Source: Trichoplax adhaerens (Eukaryota; Animalia; Placozoa). From it: DNA of 64,000 bases. Shown piece by piece: positions 25,572 through 37,568 of the stretch (within the stretch, counting starts at the first letter, position 1; every line of letters starts with the position of its first letter). The position numbers were made by a program, and so were the translations under genes. Under the pieces are notes generated by a model. It was not told where the DNA came from and did not search any database. It was given only the letters and a program-made list of their open reading frames with translations. The stretch lies in NCBI RefSeq assembly GCF_000150275.1, contig NW_002060943.1, positions 5,662,008 to 5,726,007 on the forward strand. The letters run 5' to 3'.

Positions 25572-28365
25572 ATTTAACTTGCTATGGTGGTGGTTGGTTC
25601 ATGGTGGTGGTCTACCTTCGACAATCAGCAGTCGCAATCATTTCTTGACAATGTGCATAGCTGTCTTGTACAATATACTGTACAAGTGTACACTGTACAA
25701 GTACAGTATCTGTATTGTACCGAGAGCTATTTCACAGTGACTAGTATACCGTGCCAGGCACCAAAGAGTACGAGTCTCGCTCGTGTCCTGCACAACTGTC
25801 CAATAAGTGTGTATGGGTAGGCATTACTAGAAGAAGACCCGGACTGATCACCGCCTCAGACAGGCGGACTTTCCTTACTGTATGAGCCTGTCAATATCGA
25901 AAAATGACTTCTTACGTTATTAGTATAGATTTTCCACGGCTGTTTTCTAAATCACTAGTACTAATTTAAATAGCGTCTACGATCTTATGAAAGTTTTTCC
26001 AAGCAGAAATTTGTAACAGATAGTAAGATTCAATGCAATATGACTTAATTTAGAAAATATCAGCCAATTTTAAATCGACCCTTTACTGCACATACTAAAG
26101 TATTGTCATAATGCAGTGTTTAGCACTCTATTTTAAGGCCATGAGGCCTAAAATGTCTGTCCGTCCAAAGAGTGATTAGTCCTGTCCTGGTCTAGGTCTT
26201 CTGCCAAAATTATTGAATTTTTAGCATTTTTATTTTCGTTTTTCGGAAGATTTTACCATTGAATAAAATATAAGAAAATGAAATGAAATGAATGTATTTT
26301 TTAGTGCTGCAAGGGAAATGGGTAGCGTTCGGACGCTTTACTTGGATTGGTGTTATTATTGTTCTCGTGTGAACTGGACACTTGCAATAGTTCAGTCATG
26401 GACTTCTAAATACAAATGAGTTAGCAGGATAAGAAGGGATGTGCAGCAGTCCTATGGAGGTGATTGAAAGATCTGCTACTGTACTGTGTATTTAGTGGTA
26501 GAGTAACTCACTGTACGTTTACAGTACTTTACTACTACTCAGACTACTCAATATTCTTTTCATATTTATCCCAATTTATGTATTAGTAAAGTACTGTACA
26601 TTAATAAGGCAGAACCATTCTGCATCCAACAGAGGCTATAGCCGCGATGCCTACACTACAATACTGTACTGTATATTACTGTGCCTGTACTCGCACACGA
26701 TACACTAGACAATGTGCGGTATCAGCAAACCCTCATTTATCATAGGCCCTATGCGCTTAGGTTACGAGACGTTTAGGTCCATGTCTTCTTTTAGTAGTCC
26801 ATGGCTATTTCTATTTGCTACTGTGTTAAATCATGGTTTCAGCTATGCAGTACTATGACCACAGTCCATAATTAATCATGGAAATCTATGTTTCGTTATT
26901 ATGATCAGCTCGTCGATTCCTCGCCTGTCATACTTCACGTACTGTACTGGTCCTTTTTACTTTATATATATATATCACTGTCGACTCTAAACTAGTAATT
27001 GGTTATAGGAAATTTTTAGGCATATTGATTCTAAAAGTGTTGTCGACAGGCGATTGCAGTTACAGCTTGGAAGCTTACTTACATGCTCACAATTTCACAA
27101 ACATTAGTGAATGTCACCAAATCGAATATTCTTACCATGGTCACTGTGTGACTATGCATCTTGCAGTACTGTAATACACCGACTACACTAACTGTAAAAA
27201 TATCATCAAGGGATTTATTCCTGGGGAACGAATCAGTCTATCTTGTCAATATTTGTAATTTTTATTGCACTTCAAAGGCTTGCAGGTGTAGTTGTTTAAG
27301 AAGTGATACAAATATAAAGCTAAATTCATACAAAGTAATGAAACTGATTTTCACAATTTCAATCTACACATGCGCTCCGACTTTGAGCATCCACTTTCAG
27401 CCTGAGACTTGAAAACAAAATTGTATAAGTACCATATGAAAGAAAATAGATGGTATACGTACACTATCTATTGAAGGCTAAATCCAAAAATATCCTGAAA
27501 CGCACTTATTACGATACATAATTGAATATTCAATGATTATAACGTATTTTCCCTACAAGCTGATAGTATAAATTAAATAAAATAAAATGCTACTACCTTA
27601 AAATTTCGACACCCTGTAATCGTTACAATTATAATAATTTAATGAACAAAACGAAATTTGGGATTGGTTCAACATTTGCCTTAGTATTGAATTTATCAAT
27701 GCTGATATGCCGTAATGCTACATTACCAAACTGTATAGTACTGAACTGCGTGAACAACCCTAAATGCTCGCATGCAGATGGCTCAATAATGCATAACTGT
27801 ACTGTACTATACCGAACTATCATGAACGATTAACTATTGTATATATATATACAATTCTTTTATTGCTATAAACAACTTCAAAAGCCAGTTGATTTCTTGA
27901 ATACGGTACAGATGTACACTTGTACAGTACAAATGGGACAATTGTAAATTCGACAGTACGCAACTGCATATCAAACGATCTTAACTCATCATCCGAGCTA
28001 TAAATCTACTATTTAAAGGCTGAATATTATAAAATCTTGTTGATCCCTTTACCTAGCCAATATTAAACTGATTTTTGTTGGTTAATTGTCAATTACTGTA
28101 CGCATAGTTGGTACAAACTGTACAAATACTAAACTTGTATTGAGATTTTTAATAGTGGTAATTTCCCATTACAAGCTTTAATAAAATTTATATTTTAAGC
28201 ATAAAAGTAACAGTTGATGGCAAGCGTAATTTACTTTGTCCTGCCAAAGATAGAATGCAATTTTGCTACGTATAAATTTACCGCTACGGCCGACATTCTT
28301 TTTGTAGGTGGCAAATAAATGTTGCGTTAAAGCTAAACTTGCATTGTGCGCCCCATCCAGAAACC

Positions 28366-30726
28366 TTATGCTTTAGGTTTTATAGCTGTTATATGCTGTA
28401 ATTCTGTACGATCGCGATACTGAGCCTTCGCCTGATATCCGTGCTTACCGTGATGGCTGGCACCTTGATGATCACTAGATTGTGGAGCTCTAGGATCTTG
28501 CTTAAAGTATCTAGCATCTCCAGGGCCAGACGGCGGAAGACGTCTTTGTAATTGCGGATCTTGGTCATCGCGATAGCGTCGACTTCGACGAAGTGTTAAC
28601 TGACGGTGCCTAACCATGGTTGGATTACTACTGGGTGTATGTACACTACAAGCTTTAATAAATAACGCCATAAACATAATAACACCAAGACAAATTAACG
28701 CTACAGCCCAAGGATACTTTTTTATCCAATCCAACAAATTCTGGATAGTTTCGGCAGAAAATAGAATATTCGTAAGTCTATTTAGTGGACCATCCTCGTT
28801 AACCTGTCTACATTTACCGAATACATCGCAATATCCAGTGAAGGCATTACATGGAGTACCCGGGGATAAATTCTTAACTCCAGAAATCCAGCTGGCAACA
28901 GCGCATTTGCTAGTCTTATTCATGCAACAAATGCTACACAAATCTGTTGTAACTGTGCAAGTACATGAAACTTGTCCGAACTTTTCGCATATAGATCCTT
29001 CGCATTGCCCTTCCTTACATACCTTAACACCATTAGCGCATGTAGTCTGAATATCTGGCTTTGGCTCAGCGGTTGGACAAGTATAATTAGTTCCATCACA
29101 GAAAGCTTCCAAGCTGCATTCTCCAGCCTTCGCGCAACTAACATTGCCAGCAGCCGGTTGGTAATTACAGGTTACCGGATTGCAGCACGGTCCCGCAGAT
29201 GGGCTACATGTTTTTCCAGTGACTAATTGACAAGGCTTATATCCCGGCGGAGTAAGTGCAGAGTTTTCATATGGCGCGTTGCAACAACTATCTTTGCATC
29301 GCTGCCGATAGCCACAGTCACAGGCTTCACCTGCCTCAACTACCCCATTACCACAAATTGCTGCTTCTCTTGAGCGGAAACAACCGCCAGAGTTCGTAGC
29401 TCTACTATTTAATATAGGCTTAATGTAGTTTTTGCTGCAGCTAGAAAATTTCTTGTTATTAACCTTATTACCGGCCGTTGCTTTTGGATACATAATAAAG
29501 TTACCTACAGAACCACCAGGAGCACAAGTTGGATTAGTTGTTGGGTCATGTTGAGATCCGAAATTATGACCAAGCTCATGTGCTAGAGTAACCTCTGTCA
29601 CTGCTGTGCTTACGTGAGATCCATAGTTCAGAATAGTAACTATGGCTGAATTCAAACTCATTGATTGTCCTTTATAGGGTTGAAATCGATCGCAAATACC
29701 ACCAGCACCACCAGCGCCAGCTACCCAAGCCAGCCCTAATACTCCATTTTCGAAGTCGCGATTAGCAAAAGTCACAGCCAGACAAAAATCGTTGTGATTA
29801 GCTTGTGAGGCTATATCTAGATACTTGGATACGCCAATGTTAGCTGGAGCGAAAGGATTGTTAGGTTGAGAAGCATCTGCTGTAGTATTGATCTTTATTC
29901 TTTTGATAATAAAGCCAATATTATCTGCGAGGCCATCACCATCAAAATCAGTTGATGCATACATTCTTGTAGCACTTTGAACCAGATTACTTAGAACTCC
30001 AGTCGCTGTTTCAATATTATTATCGTAATACTTAGTAAACGTATGATCAGCTTGCACTAACAACTGGCAGGTGTTTTGAGTCGGCAATTCGCGGGAACCA
30101 CGTTGTATATTTTCTTCGGAATTTTTACGCGCATTTAACGGACGTTTCATTTGCCTGACTTCTTCTATTTTCTTTGCTACTTCTTGGTCAATTCCACACC
30201 CGCTGATAGGATGTGATCGTTTAAATCTTATATCAGACTTTCGATAAATAACAGAGTGAAATTTCTCTGGTGATGAGAAATAAGGTTTACTAGATTCTAC
30301 GTAGTATTCATCTCCGTTGGAAATAATTTTTCCATGAAACTTATCATCCACTATTGTACCGTAAACTTCAGAATCTGACTCATCAGCTAGTTTGCCTTTC
30401 ATTACGATACTTCGGTCGAACATATACGGTTTTCCGGATGATTCAACAATAAAATCGTTCGTAAATAGTCCATTGTCAGGTTCTAAGCGAAGTTTAAAGT
30501 GACGATCAAAAGCCCGAAAGTTCAGGCTTACAGGACTGTCGCCGACCGATCTCTTGATGCGATTGGATTTTCGAAGACGAGTTGTGTCGTAATTTAGTGT
30601 GTCATACACGTCAATATTGCCATTTAAATTCTTTCTTACCAAAGCGAAGCAGAACACAGCGTAAAATAACAGCAAAAGGGAGAGAACGATCGCTTTATTA
30701 AGCCATTGGCTTAGATAGACAGCCAT
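28366..30726 (-). CDS. ADAM10: ADAM10/kuzbanian metalloprotease-disintegrin, 786 aa, CDS uninterrupted
   Basis: Signal peptide and prodomain with cysteine switch (SGCG), zinc motif HELGHNFGSQHD, Met-turn FIMYP, disintegrin (CGNGVVEAGEACDCG), Cys-rich region and TM. ADAM10-diagnostic segments rather than ADAM17: NIGVSKYL, FCLA..F..RDF..GVLGLAWV, GYCDVF..CR.V..DGPL.RL, CSVHTPSSNP. Confidence 0.95.
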   Translation of the reverse strand: MAVYLSQWLNKAIVLSLLLLFYAVFCFALVRKNLNGNIDVYDTLNYDTTRLRKSNRIKRSVGDSPVSLNFRAFDRHFKLRLEPDNGLFTNDFIVESSGKPYMFDRSIVMKGKLADESDSEVYGTIVDDKFHGKIISNGDEYYVESSKPYFSSPEKFHSVIYRKSDIRFKRSHPISGCGIDQEVAKKIEEVRQMKRPLNARKNSEENIQRGSRELPTQNTCQLLVQADHTFTKYYDNNIETATGVLSNLVQSATRMYASTDFDGDGLADNIGFIIKRIKINTTADASQPNNPFAPANIGVSKYLDIASQANHNDFCLAVTFANRDFENGVLGLAWVAGAGGAGGICDRFQPYKGQSMSLNSAIVTILNYGSHVSTAVTEVTLAHELGHNFGSQHDPTTNPTCAPGGSVGNFIMYPKATAGNKVNNKKFSSCSKNYIKPILNSRATNSGGCFRSREAAICGNGVVEAGEACDCGYRQRCKDSCCNAPYENSALTPPGYKPCQLVTGKTCSPSAGPCCNPVTCNYQPAAGNVSCAKAGECSLEAFCDGTNYTCPTAEPKPDIQTTCANGVKVCKEGQCEGSICEKFGQVSCTCTVTTDLCSICCMNKTSKCAVASWISGVKNLSPGTPCNAFTGYCDVFGKCRQVNEDGPLNRLTNILFSAETIQNLLDWIKKYPWAVALICLGVIMFMALFIKACSVHTPSSNPTMVRHRQLTLRRSRRYRDDQDPQLQRRLPPSGPGDARYFKQDPRAPQSSDHQGASHHGKHGYQAKAQYRDRTELQHITAIKPKA

Positions 30727-30754
30727 TACAGAGCAGCACTATCGTTTAAATTTT

Positions 30755-32568
30755 CTACCAAAAAAAAGAAACAACAAAGAATCAATCTACAGTATGTTTC
30801 CGTCAAATTATGCTAGAGAAGCTTAGTAACTTTTAACATAAGCGTATTCAGTGTCTAAGCATTCAGTTTCACAAGTATGTAATCTGTTTCTACTGTAGGC
30901 AATAATGAATGTAGGCTGAACTAGCTGAAGATTCTTATCAGTCAAAAGTCTACGGCGCAACAATTCAGGTCTTATTTCTGAGTGATTTTTTTTCAATTTA
31001 AATTGCCAACATGTCCAATGTGGTTGACCCAGAGTAATAAGATCGTAATACGCATCCTACAGCCTAGAAATGAATGCACCATAGACCGAAACTACTTATT
31101 CGAGCATAGTATTGCCACACAGAATATCAGTTAAGAGTATCCGTCGAAAGCCTCTTATTTAAGCAACGTAAATTATGCTAGCATTACGTAATTGAATAAC
31201 GTACGGAAACATGACAGTTATTCGAAAATACGAAATGTTAACAAATCCTTATTGCACTACGTTTAGCCAGCATGTAAATTTTGCTTTCGATCGTTTATTC
31301 ATCTGTCTTGCTTCGGCAATACGTGAAGTTTCGTAAATCAGTTTGATAGGAAGAAAATTACAATGAGAACACAAAATCAGCATTTAAAGGAATTAATACG
31401 CTAGAAATCATTCAATCTCTGCGACACATCTCGGTTTCTACGAAATAAGTATCCAAGAGACAGTAATGTTATGATTTATATGGATTATCTTGAGAGATTA
31501 TAATCATCCGCTATCTCGGCATTGACACATTGAAGTAGTGTAATTAATTTAGGAAGGGCTTACGTGATCCCTAGTCGAAGGCGTTACTGCGGTGTGTTTT
31601 AGCCTCGAACGTTAAAGTTTCACCTGGCAAGTTAACACTCTTGTCTAGTTTGTTGCAGCAAGTACAGTACAGTAACGTAAAATTAGATCGAGTCTAACAT
31701 AAACAATATGAAAACTGTACGTACAGTAATGACAGACGCGTAGTTGTATGCCATCAAAAATCGTGCCTTTCATCCATTTCCAGTACAGCGTTTTATAAAT
31801 CATCTACTCTTGCACACGTACAATATTCAGTACAGTATAATGCTGTATTAGCACAATACAAAATAAATATTTCCGTAACTGCGTTCACTTAAGAATTAAA
31901 TTGTTCAATAACAACCAGTCCTACACGATAGCTATCTAATTGATGAGCTAAGGGCGGAAATGTCATGGTCGCATATTAATAATTTGGTCACATTTGACGA
32001 AACTTGAAATTATCATGCTACCGATATGAACTGTGCAACAATAGTAGCGCCAATAACACCTCTTTATTTCGAAAAAAAATCGTGAATGTTACTATTTTTC
32101 CCCTGTAAATTACCAATCATTATATAGTATTGAAAATATCCGTTTACTGTACTGTACAGTAAAATAATATCTTTCTCTGAGTATCTGTCAACTAAAGTAA
32201 AACGGTCATGCCAATGTGCAACAATGTACTGCATATCCTCTTGAAAAAATATAGTACTGACTGTGTAATGCAGTTGATGGTCAACAAAATATAGTGCAAT
32301 ATTTGAAAATTTTGAATCGGTGTTAGAATCATACTAGAAGTTGATCTATCTTAAGATATGATCCAAAGGGAATATTTGTTCAGTATACTGTACATCAGGA
32401 AACTCACACTAAATCAATCAATTATCTATCTAAAACAGGCGGATTCAAGTTTAGTCGATGATATTTGTCCATTCGTATCGTCACTCCCGGATCGAAAGTC
32501 TATCGTCCTGTATCGATGAATTGATTTTTGAAACTTTTTCAATAAGAAGATGTACATATTATGCTTAC
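30755..32568 (-). other. Probable 5'-UTR intron of ADAM10 (non-coding first exon upstream of 32569)
   Basis: A strong polypyrimidine acceptor (...tttcttttttttggtag) lies 28 nt upstream of the ATG. A consensus donor G|GTAAGC sits at 32568, at the edge of a GC-richer stretch (about 32570-32830). The pairing is inferred. Confidence 0.5.
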
Positions 32569-32933
32569 CAGAAGGCACTATTCACAGTTTGGCTTGTATT
32601 TATTCAACGTCAGATTCACTGATCAGGTAGTCAAGGTTGACGGAAGACTTGCTCGTTTCTGAAAGGCAAATTGTCTCAGCCGGGCTTGCGCTAACTTGAC
32701 AATGATGCCGTCTACTGGACTGTGCGCGTCAAGTGCTGTCTAAATGTCTAATAGTGTCTATGTCAAAACTGTAACAAGAGGCGGTTATACGTTACGTGAA
32801 ACAGTGTGCTGTTGACAGCCTGTAGTAGTCAATTCGATTCGATTTTATCATGTTTTCTTTCCTTTCTTTTAATTACACTAATGTTCAGTATGATGATTCA
32901 TAGTTGAAGTTTTGGTTGAAGTAAACAACAACT

Positions 32934-33460
32934 ACAGTACTAGAACCTGTAATTTGTACAGTACAGTACTGTAGTGGACTGCACTGTACACTGTACAGTA
33001 CAGTACACTGAGTACAGTACAATAGATGGCTCAAATAGAATTCCCGACGATTGAAAATATACTGAACAGTGAACAGTATGAAAACACAATTCTAAGACCA
33101 AATTAGTAGACAAATTTGGTATCAGTCGATTTACAGTACAGAAGCAAGACATCAACATTTACCAAACTATTACCTACGGGTACATACAGAATAATACAGT
33201 ACTTAATATTAGTATTCCTTAATATAGTCTGTTAAATTTATGAACAAGATTCTGAAAACAAAATAATAAACACAGAGTAACAGTACAGTACAGTACATCC
33301 TGGAATCCCGGACAAAAATCAGTCTGCAGTACAGTACGTACAGTACAGTACAGTACTGTACTCCATGCTGCACTGCGCAATGTACAGTACAGTACTGTAC
33401 AGTACAGTACTGTGTAGTACAGTACAGTACAACCTACTGTACTATATACTGTACAGTACG
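32934..33460. repeat. Degenerate (CAGTA)n/(TACTG)n simple-repeat tract
   Basis: Dense runs of cagtacagtacagtac and tactgtac. This explains the spurious TVLYC ORFs at 32940-33158 and 33219-33476. Confidence 0.9.
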
Positions 33461-33489
33461 GACAGCACACAGTCACACACCAAGGTACA

Positions 33490-33499
33490 ATGACGTCAT
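33490..33499. promoter_or_regulatory. CRE palindrome ATGACGTCAT upstream of ADAM10
   Basis: Perfect CREB/ATF consensus TGACGTCA, extended to a 10-bp palindrome, next to the CAGTA tract upstream of the inferred first exon. Confidence 0.35.
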
Positions 33500-36400
33500 C
33501 ATCTCCACCTGTGATGTGGTCATGGACTCACGGAGGAGTCTGAACTCCTATCAACACCCGTTACCGGTTACTATAGTGAAAATTTGAAATTGACGCCAGT
33601 TTATCCATTAATTTCAACTCCAACCATGTCATAAGTTCGTTTACCACAATCGATTCTTATTGAATAAATTTATTAAACGTTTTAATCCAAGACAAAAGTT
33701 GACAGGTAGGTTGGATCAGGGCGTGGTTGCTTCAGGGTCGTTCAAAAATTGGGAGAGGCTTGTAGACATACAGTAGCGTAGATAAATACGCGTACTTTTC
33801 AGTTGTGGACTAATAAATGCATAAAACTGATATGAAGTGGTCTGTCTGTTAGAGTATTCAGTAAAATGTCAATGGTATGCCAAGTAATGTGGCACAAGCA
33901 GAGCGTTATTACTAATTGCTAGTAGTCCATGGCTAAGATTACAAAGGTCAAAAATGACAATGATAAATGTAGTCACAGTGGTGCTGCCAAGTTAATTCGA
34001 GTAATAGCATAATTCGTAATCTTGAATCCTCGTCATGTACATGGTACAGTATACATTTTGCTACGTATTTTTGGCTATGACAAGTGTAGACTTTATCATG
34101 AATTAGCAAAATGTAAAAAATATGCCATTCCTCAACATAAATAAATAAAAAAAATATAAATTGATACGTAAGTCTATTTACTGCCTATCTACCGTACACA
34201 AGTGTCCTGACTATATACTGTACTATGGTTCAGTCATAAAGCAGATCGCAGAAAATGAACACTAGGGCTAAAGGCCGTCAAGCGAATGACGTACTACCGC
34301 ATTTTTACAGGACGGCGTAGGTTAGCATACTTACTGTATGATATTTAGTAACGACTTACAAATTTATTATAAGAAACTTTCTACTGACTGTGCCCAGTGC
34401 CAATTATGCTGCAGCATAGAACAGTACCGTCAGTATTCAGTGGCAACTATCTTTAAATGTATATATATGTAGCATGCTACCTTATATTATACTATTACAT
34501 TTTTCTTACTGAGAGAGCAATACGAATACTGTTAAAATGAGAGAGTTTATGGAACGATGCTTGATATCAAACCTCCGTTTTAGCATTCCTGTGATATAAT
34601 TGTAATCTTAATTAAGTTGAAATTTATAATCCTTCGCCATGATAAATACAGGTAAAACCGATGAAGATCGATTATATATTTATTTCACTTCCCAATTATG
34701 TGTAGATCAAATAGTCTCGTAGAGATTTTACCTTCCCTACGGCTAATGTAATGTAGCTAACGGCTATATAAATGATAATCGGGAAATACTCATTTATGCC
34801 CTAGAGGCGATTAAAATCTCATATGTCTTGAATATGACATATGGAACAATTTAATCACTGCAGTGCAATGTTAGCCATTATTATTAGTTATGTCATTACT
34901 CAAATTGAAATGAACAATCTTTTCACTGATCTCTTCAGTTATCAATAAAATGGTTCAAAATTGGGCACGAAAGTACATCAATGAAATATCGTTAATGAAG
35001 TTCAGTAACTAACTTTATCAAAGCAATCTACTTATTCTCTTTCATGTATAATATACCTTAGGTAAAGGCGATATATGTTTAAATACGTACAACCTGTGAT
35101 ACTATGAAAAAGGTTCAAAAGAAATGATCGGCTAAATACGGTATGATCAAACAGTCTATTTGCAGCTTAGCATAATGCTATTCTTATGGTTATGAAGAGA
35201 AGTACCTAAAAACGATGGTGCAGCATATGTATATAGCTTATGTCAGTAAATCGAATATTTAACCTTCAGATTGAATCAAAAGCAAGAAAAGTGAAATTAT
35301 TACATGCGTACGTGTATATAATTATTTTAAAGGCTTGTGCATATCATCTAAAGTAGAAATGCAACCTCCTTATAACTACAGGTATGCAATATTACGAATT
35401 GCATAAGTATTTATTTAAAACCTGTAAAAATTATACAATTCTGAATTAAAGTACGTACCGTACCTTTTGGTATGAAATTTCGTATTAGGAACGCCTAATC
35501 GAATGCGATATCTCTTCGGTAGTAATAACTATGGCTTCTTGAAGCATGGATTGCAAATTGATTTCTTTTATTCAATGGAAGCTTACATTTACAACTGTAT
35601 ATAGCTTATGTATTCAGATATGGCGTATAAATGGGAAATCGGTAGATATATTACACTTTAGCAGATTAAAATTCTTAGCATGGCAGTCTGATCCATTACA
35701 CAATAATGTATTATAGTTCAAAATTTTGTAAATATTAGAAAATTCTAATAGTCATTATCATTGTCTAAACTAGGACATTATTTGCTTTTCGGGATACAAT
35801 AATTCTTAACGTACAAATTTATATCTATCTATTTATTAAATTAATGTTATTTCAGTATGTTTTGTTCAAACTACTGTACTTAATAGAAATGATCATTAAA
35901 GGATTGAATTTGCGGTCATTTCTCTGAATGTATGTTTATAAAAATAATTTTGTGCTACAACATATATTTTGAGATTGAGAAGTTCTTTTGCGATACTGGT
36001 CAACAAGAATTAAATAAATTATCATTTATAGCAACGTTTGTTTATTTAACTGCGAGCAGACTAACTGCATCTTTTCAGATGATTGCTAATTTTACTAATA
36101 TGGGTAAACACGTTAATATTACAAAATAGAAGAAAAATGAAGATATTTTAATATTGCAGTTATCATATCCTGGACTATTGGTATCATATTTATCATGTAT
36201 CTCATGCTGCATGAAATTTTTCTAGAATTTTATTAGTGCCTTGATTTACGAACTACACTCAAATTAGTTTTTTTTACTAAATTTAAAATCAAATGATAAG
36301 ATTCTAAGTCTAATCATAATGATAAAGTAATAAATGGACATTATATACATCTATAGATGGAGTTACTTGAATTTGCATCTAATAGGTAAACTCGGTAGTA

Positions 36401-37568
36401 AGAGGATTCTTAAGAATGCATTCTGAAAAATGCGAAGGAATTGATTTATGAAAGTGTTATTAAATACTAACCCTTTTAAGTGCGGCTAATTAGGAGCAAG
36501 GACTGCCAATTTAGATATATCATTGAATGAAAGAAATTTTAATATTGTTCTATGGTCAACTTTTATTGACTTTACATTCTTATTTGATTACTAATGTAAG
36601 ATGTCATTACAGATGTTAAATTGGGAGAATTACGTTATTAGCGTAAATTGTATTTACAGATGAACTCATGTATTTTTTTACGACAAATTTCAAGAACTAT
36701 TCACGTTGCACCTTCTTAATATCTTATTGACGTAAAAAGATATCTACTAATTGATTGGCGTAGATTTTTCGTCATTCTCCATTCATTATTAAAGTAATAT
36801 CTCAGCACTAGAAATAAATTTAATCGCATAAGACTACAGGCCTTCATTGTTAGCAGTTTAATTCAGTTTAATTTCACAATAAATAATTCTGGAAGCATGA
36901 TTAGGGCTTTTATTGTTATTTCTTGTCATCTCGTCTTATACTACGCCGCTACTACTTTCATGTTTCTAGTTAACTCCTTTTATCGGAATTTTAATACCTT
37001 TTTTTAGATGAGCAATAATTTATTCCTTTGAAGTTTCTTACTGTAGCCATATCATAATTTTATGTAGTTGACTGGCTATTATAGATTATAATAAACTATC
37101 AGTTCACAGGCTAGAAGACAAAAGTTGCCTAGTCTAAACAATTGAATTATGTTGTCTACTATTAATACGACAGCAACGATAACGAATAAATTTAAATGGA
37201 TAATAGATAGTCGATTTATTCAGCACAGTATGAAATCATCCGATCAATAGTTGATTAATAGGCGTCCGGTGTTGAAATAAGCATTGAATTTGAAAAAGAT
37301 TAAGACAATGCGCTCATACATAAGACTGATGAACTCATGCGAATTATGATTATTGATTCAATATGTGTTTTTTTTTCTGTAGGCAATTTTTATTGTTATT
37401 AGTTGAAAGGATAATATATGTTATTTTTCTATCGAGTAAGTTGTATTGCATGATATCTTCTGATTGAAAGTAGTTATAATGACTACTAGCACTGAAATTT
37501 AATTACATAAGTTATTTGACTAAATAGATCAGCCACCGTACGGTACATGTAGTTATTGTCCGATCAAG

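Noticed and set aside
32940-33476. Cys/Thr/Val/Tyr-rich ORFs and a possible CRISPR-like array
   Set aside because: These are translations of the (CAGTA)n simple repeat. There is no repeat-spacer structure and no cas gene.
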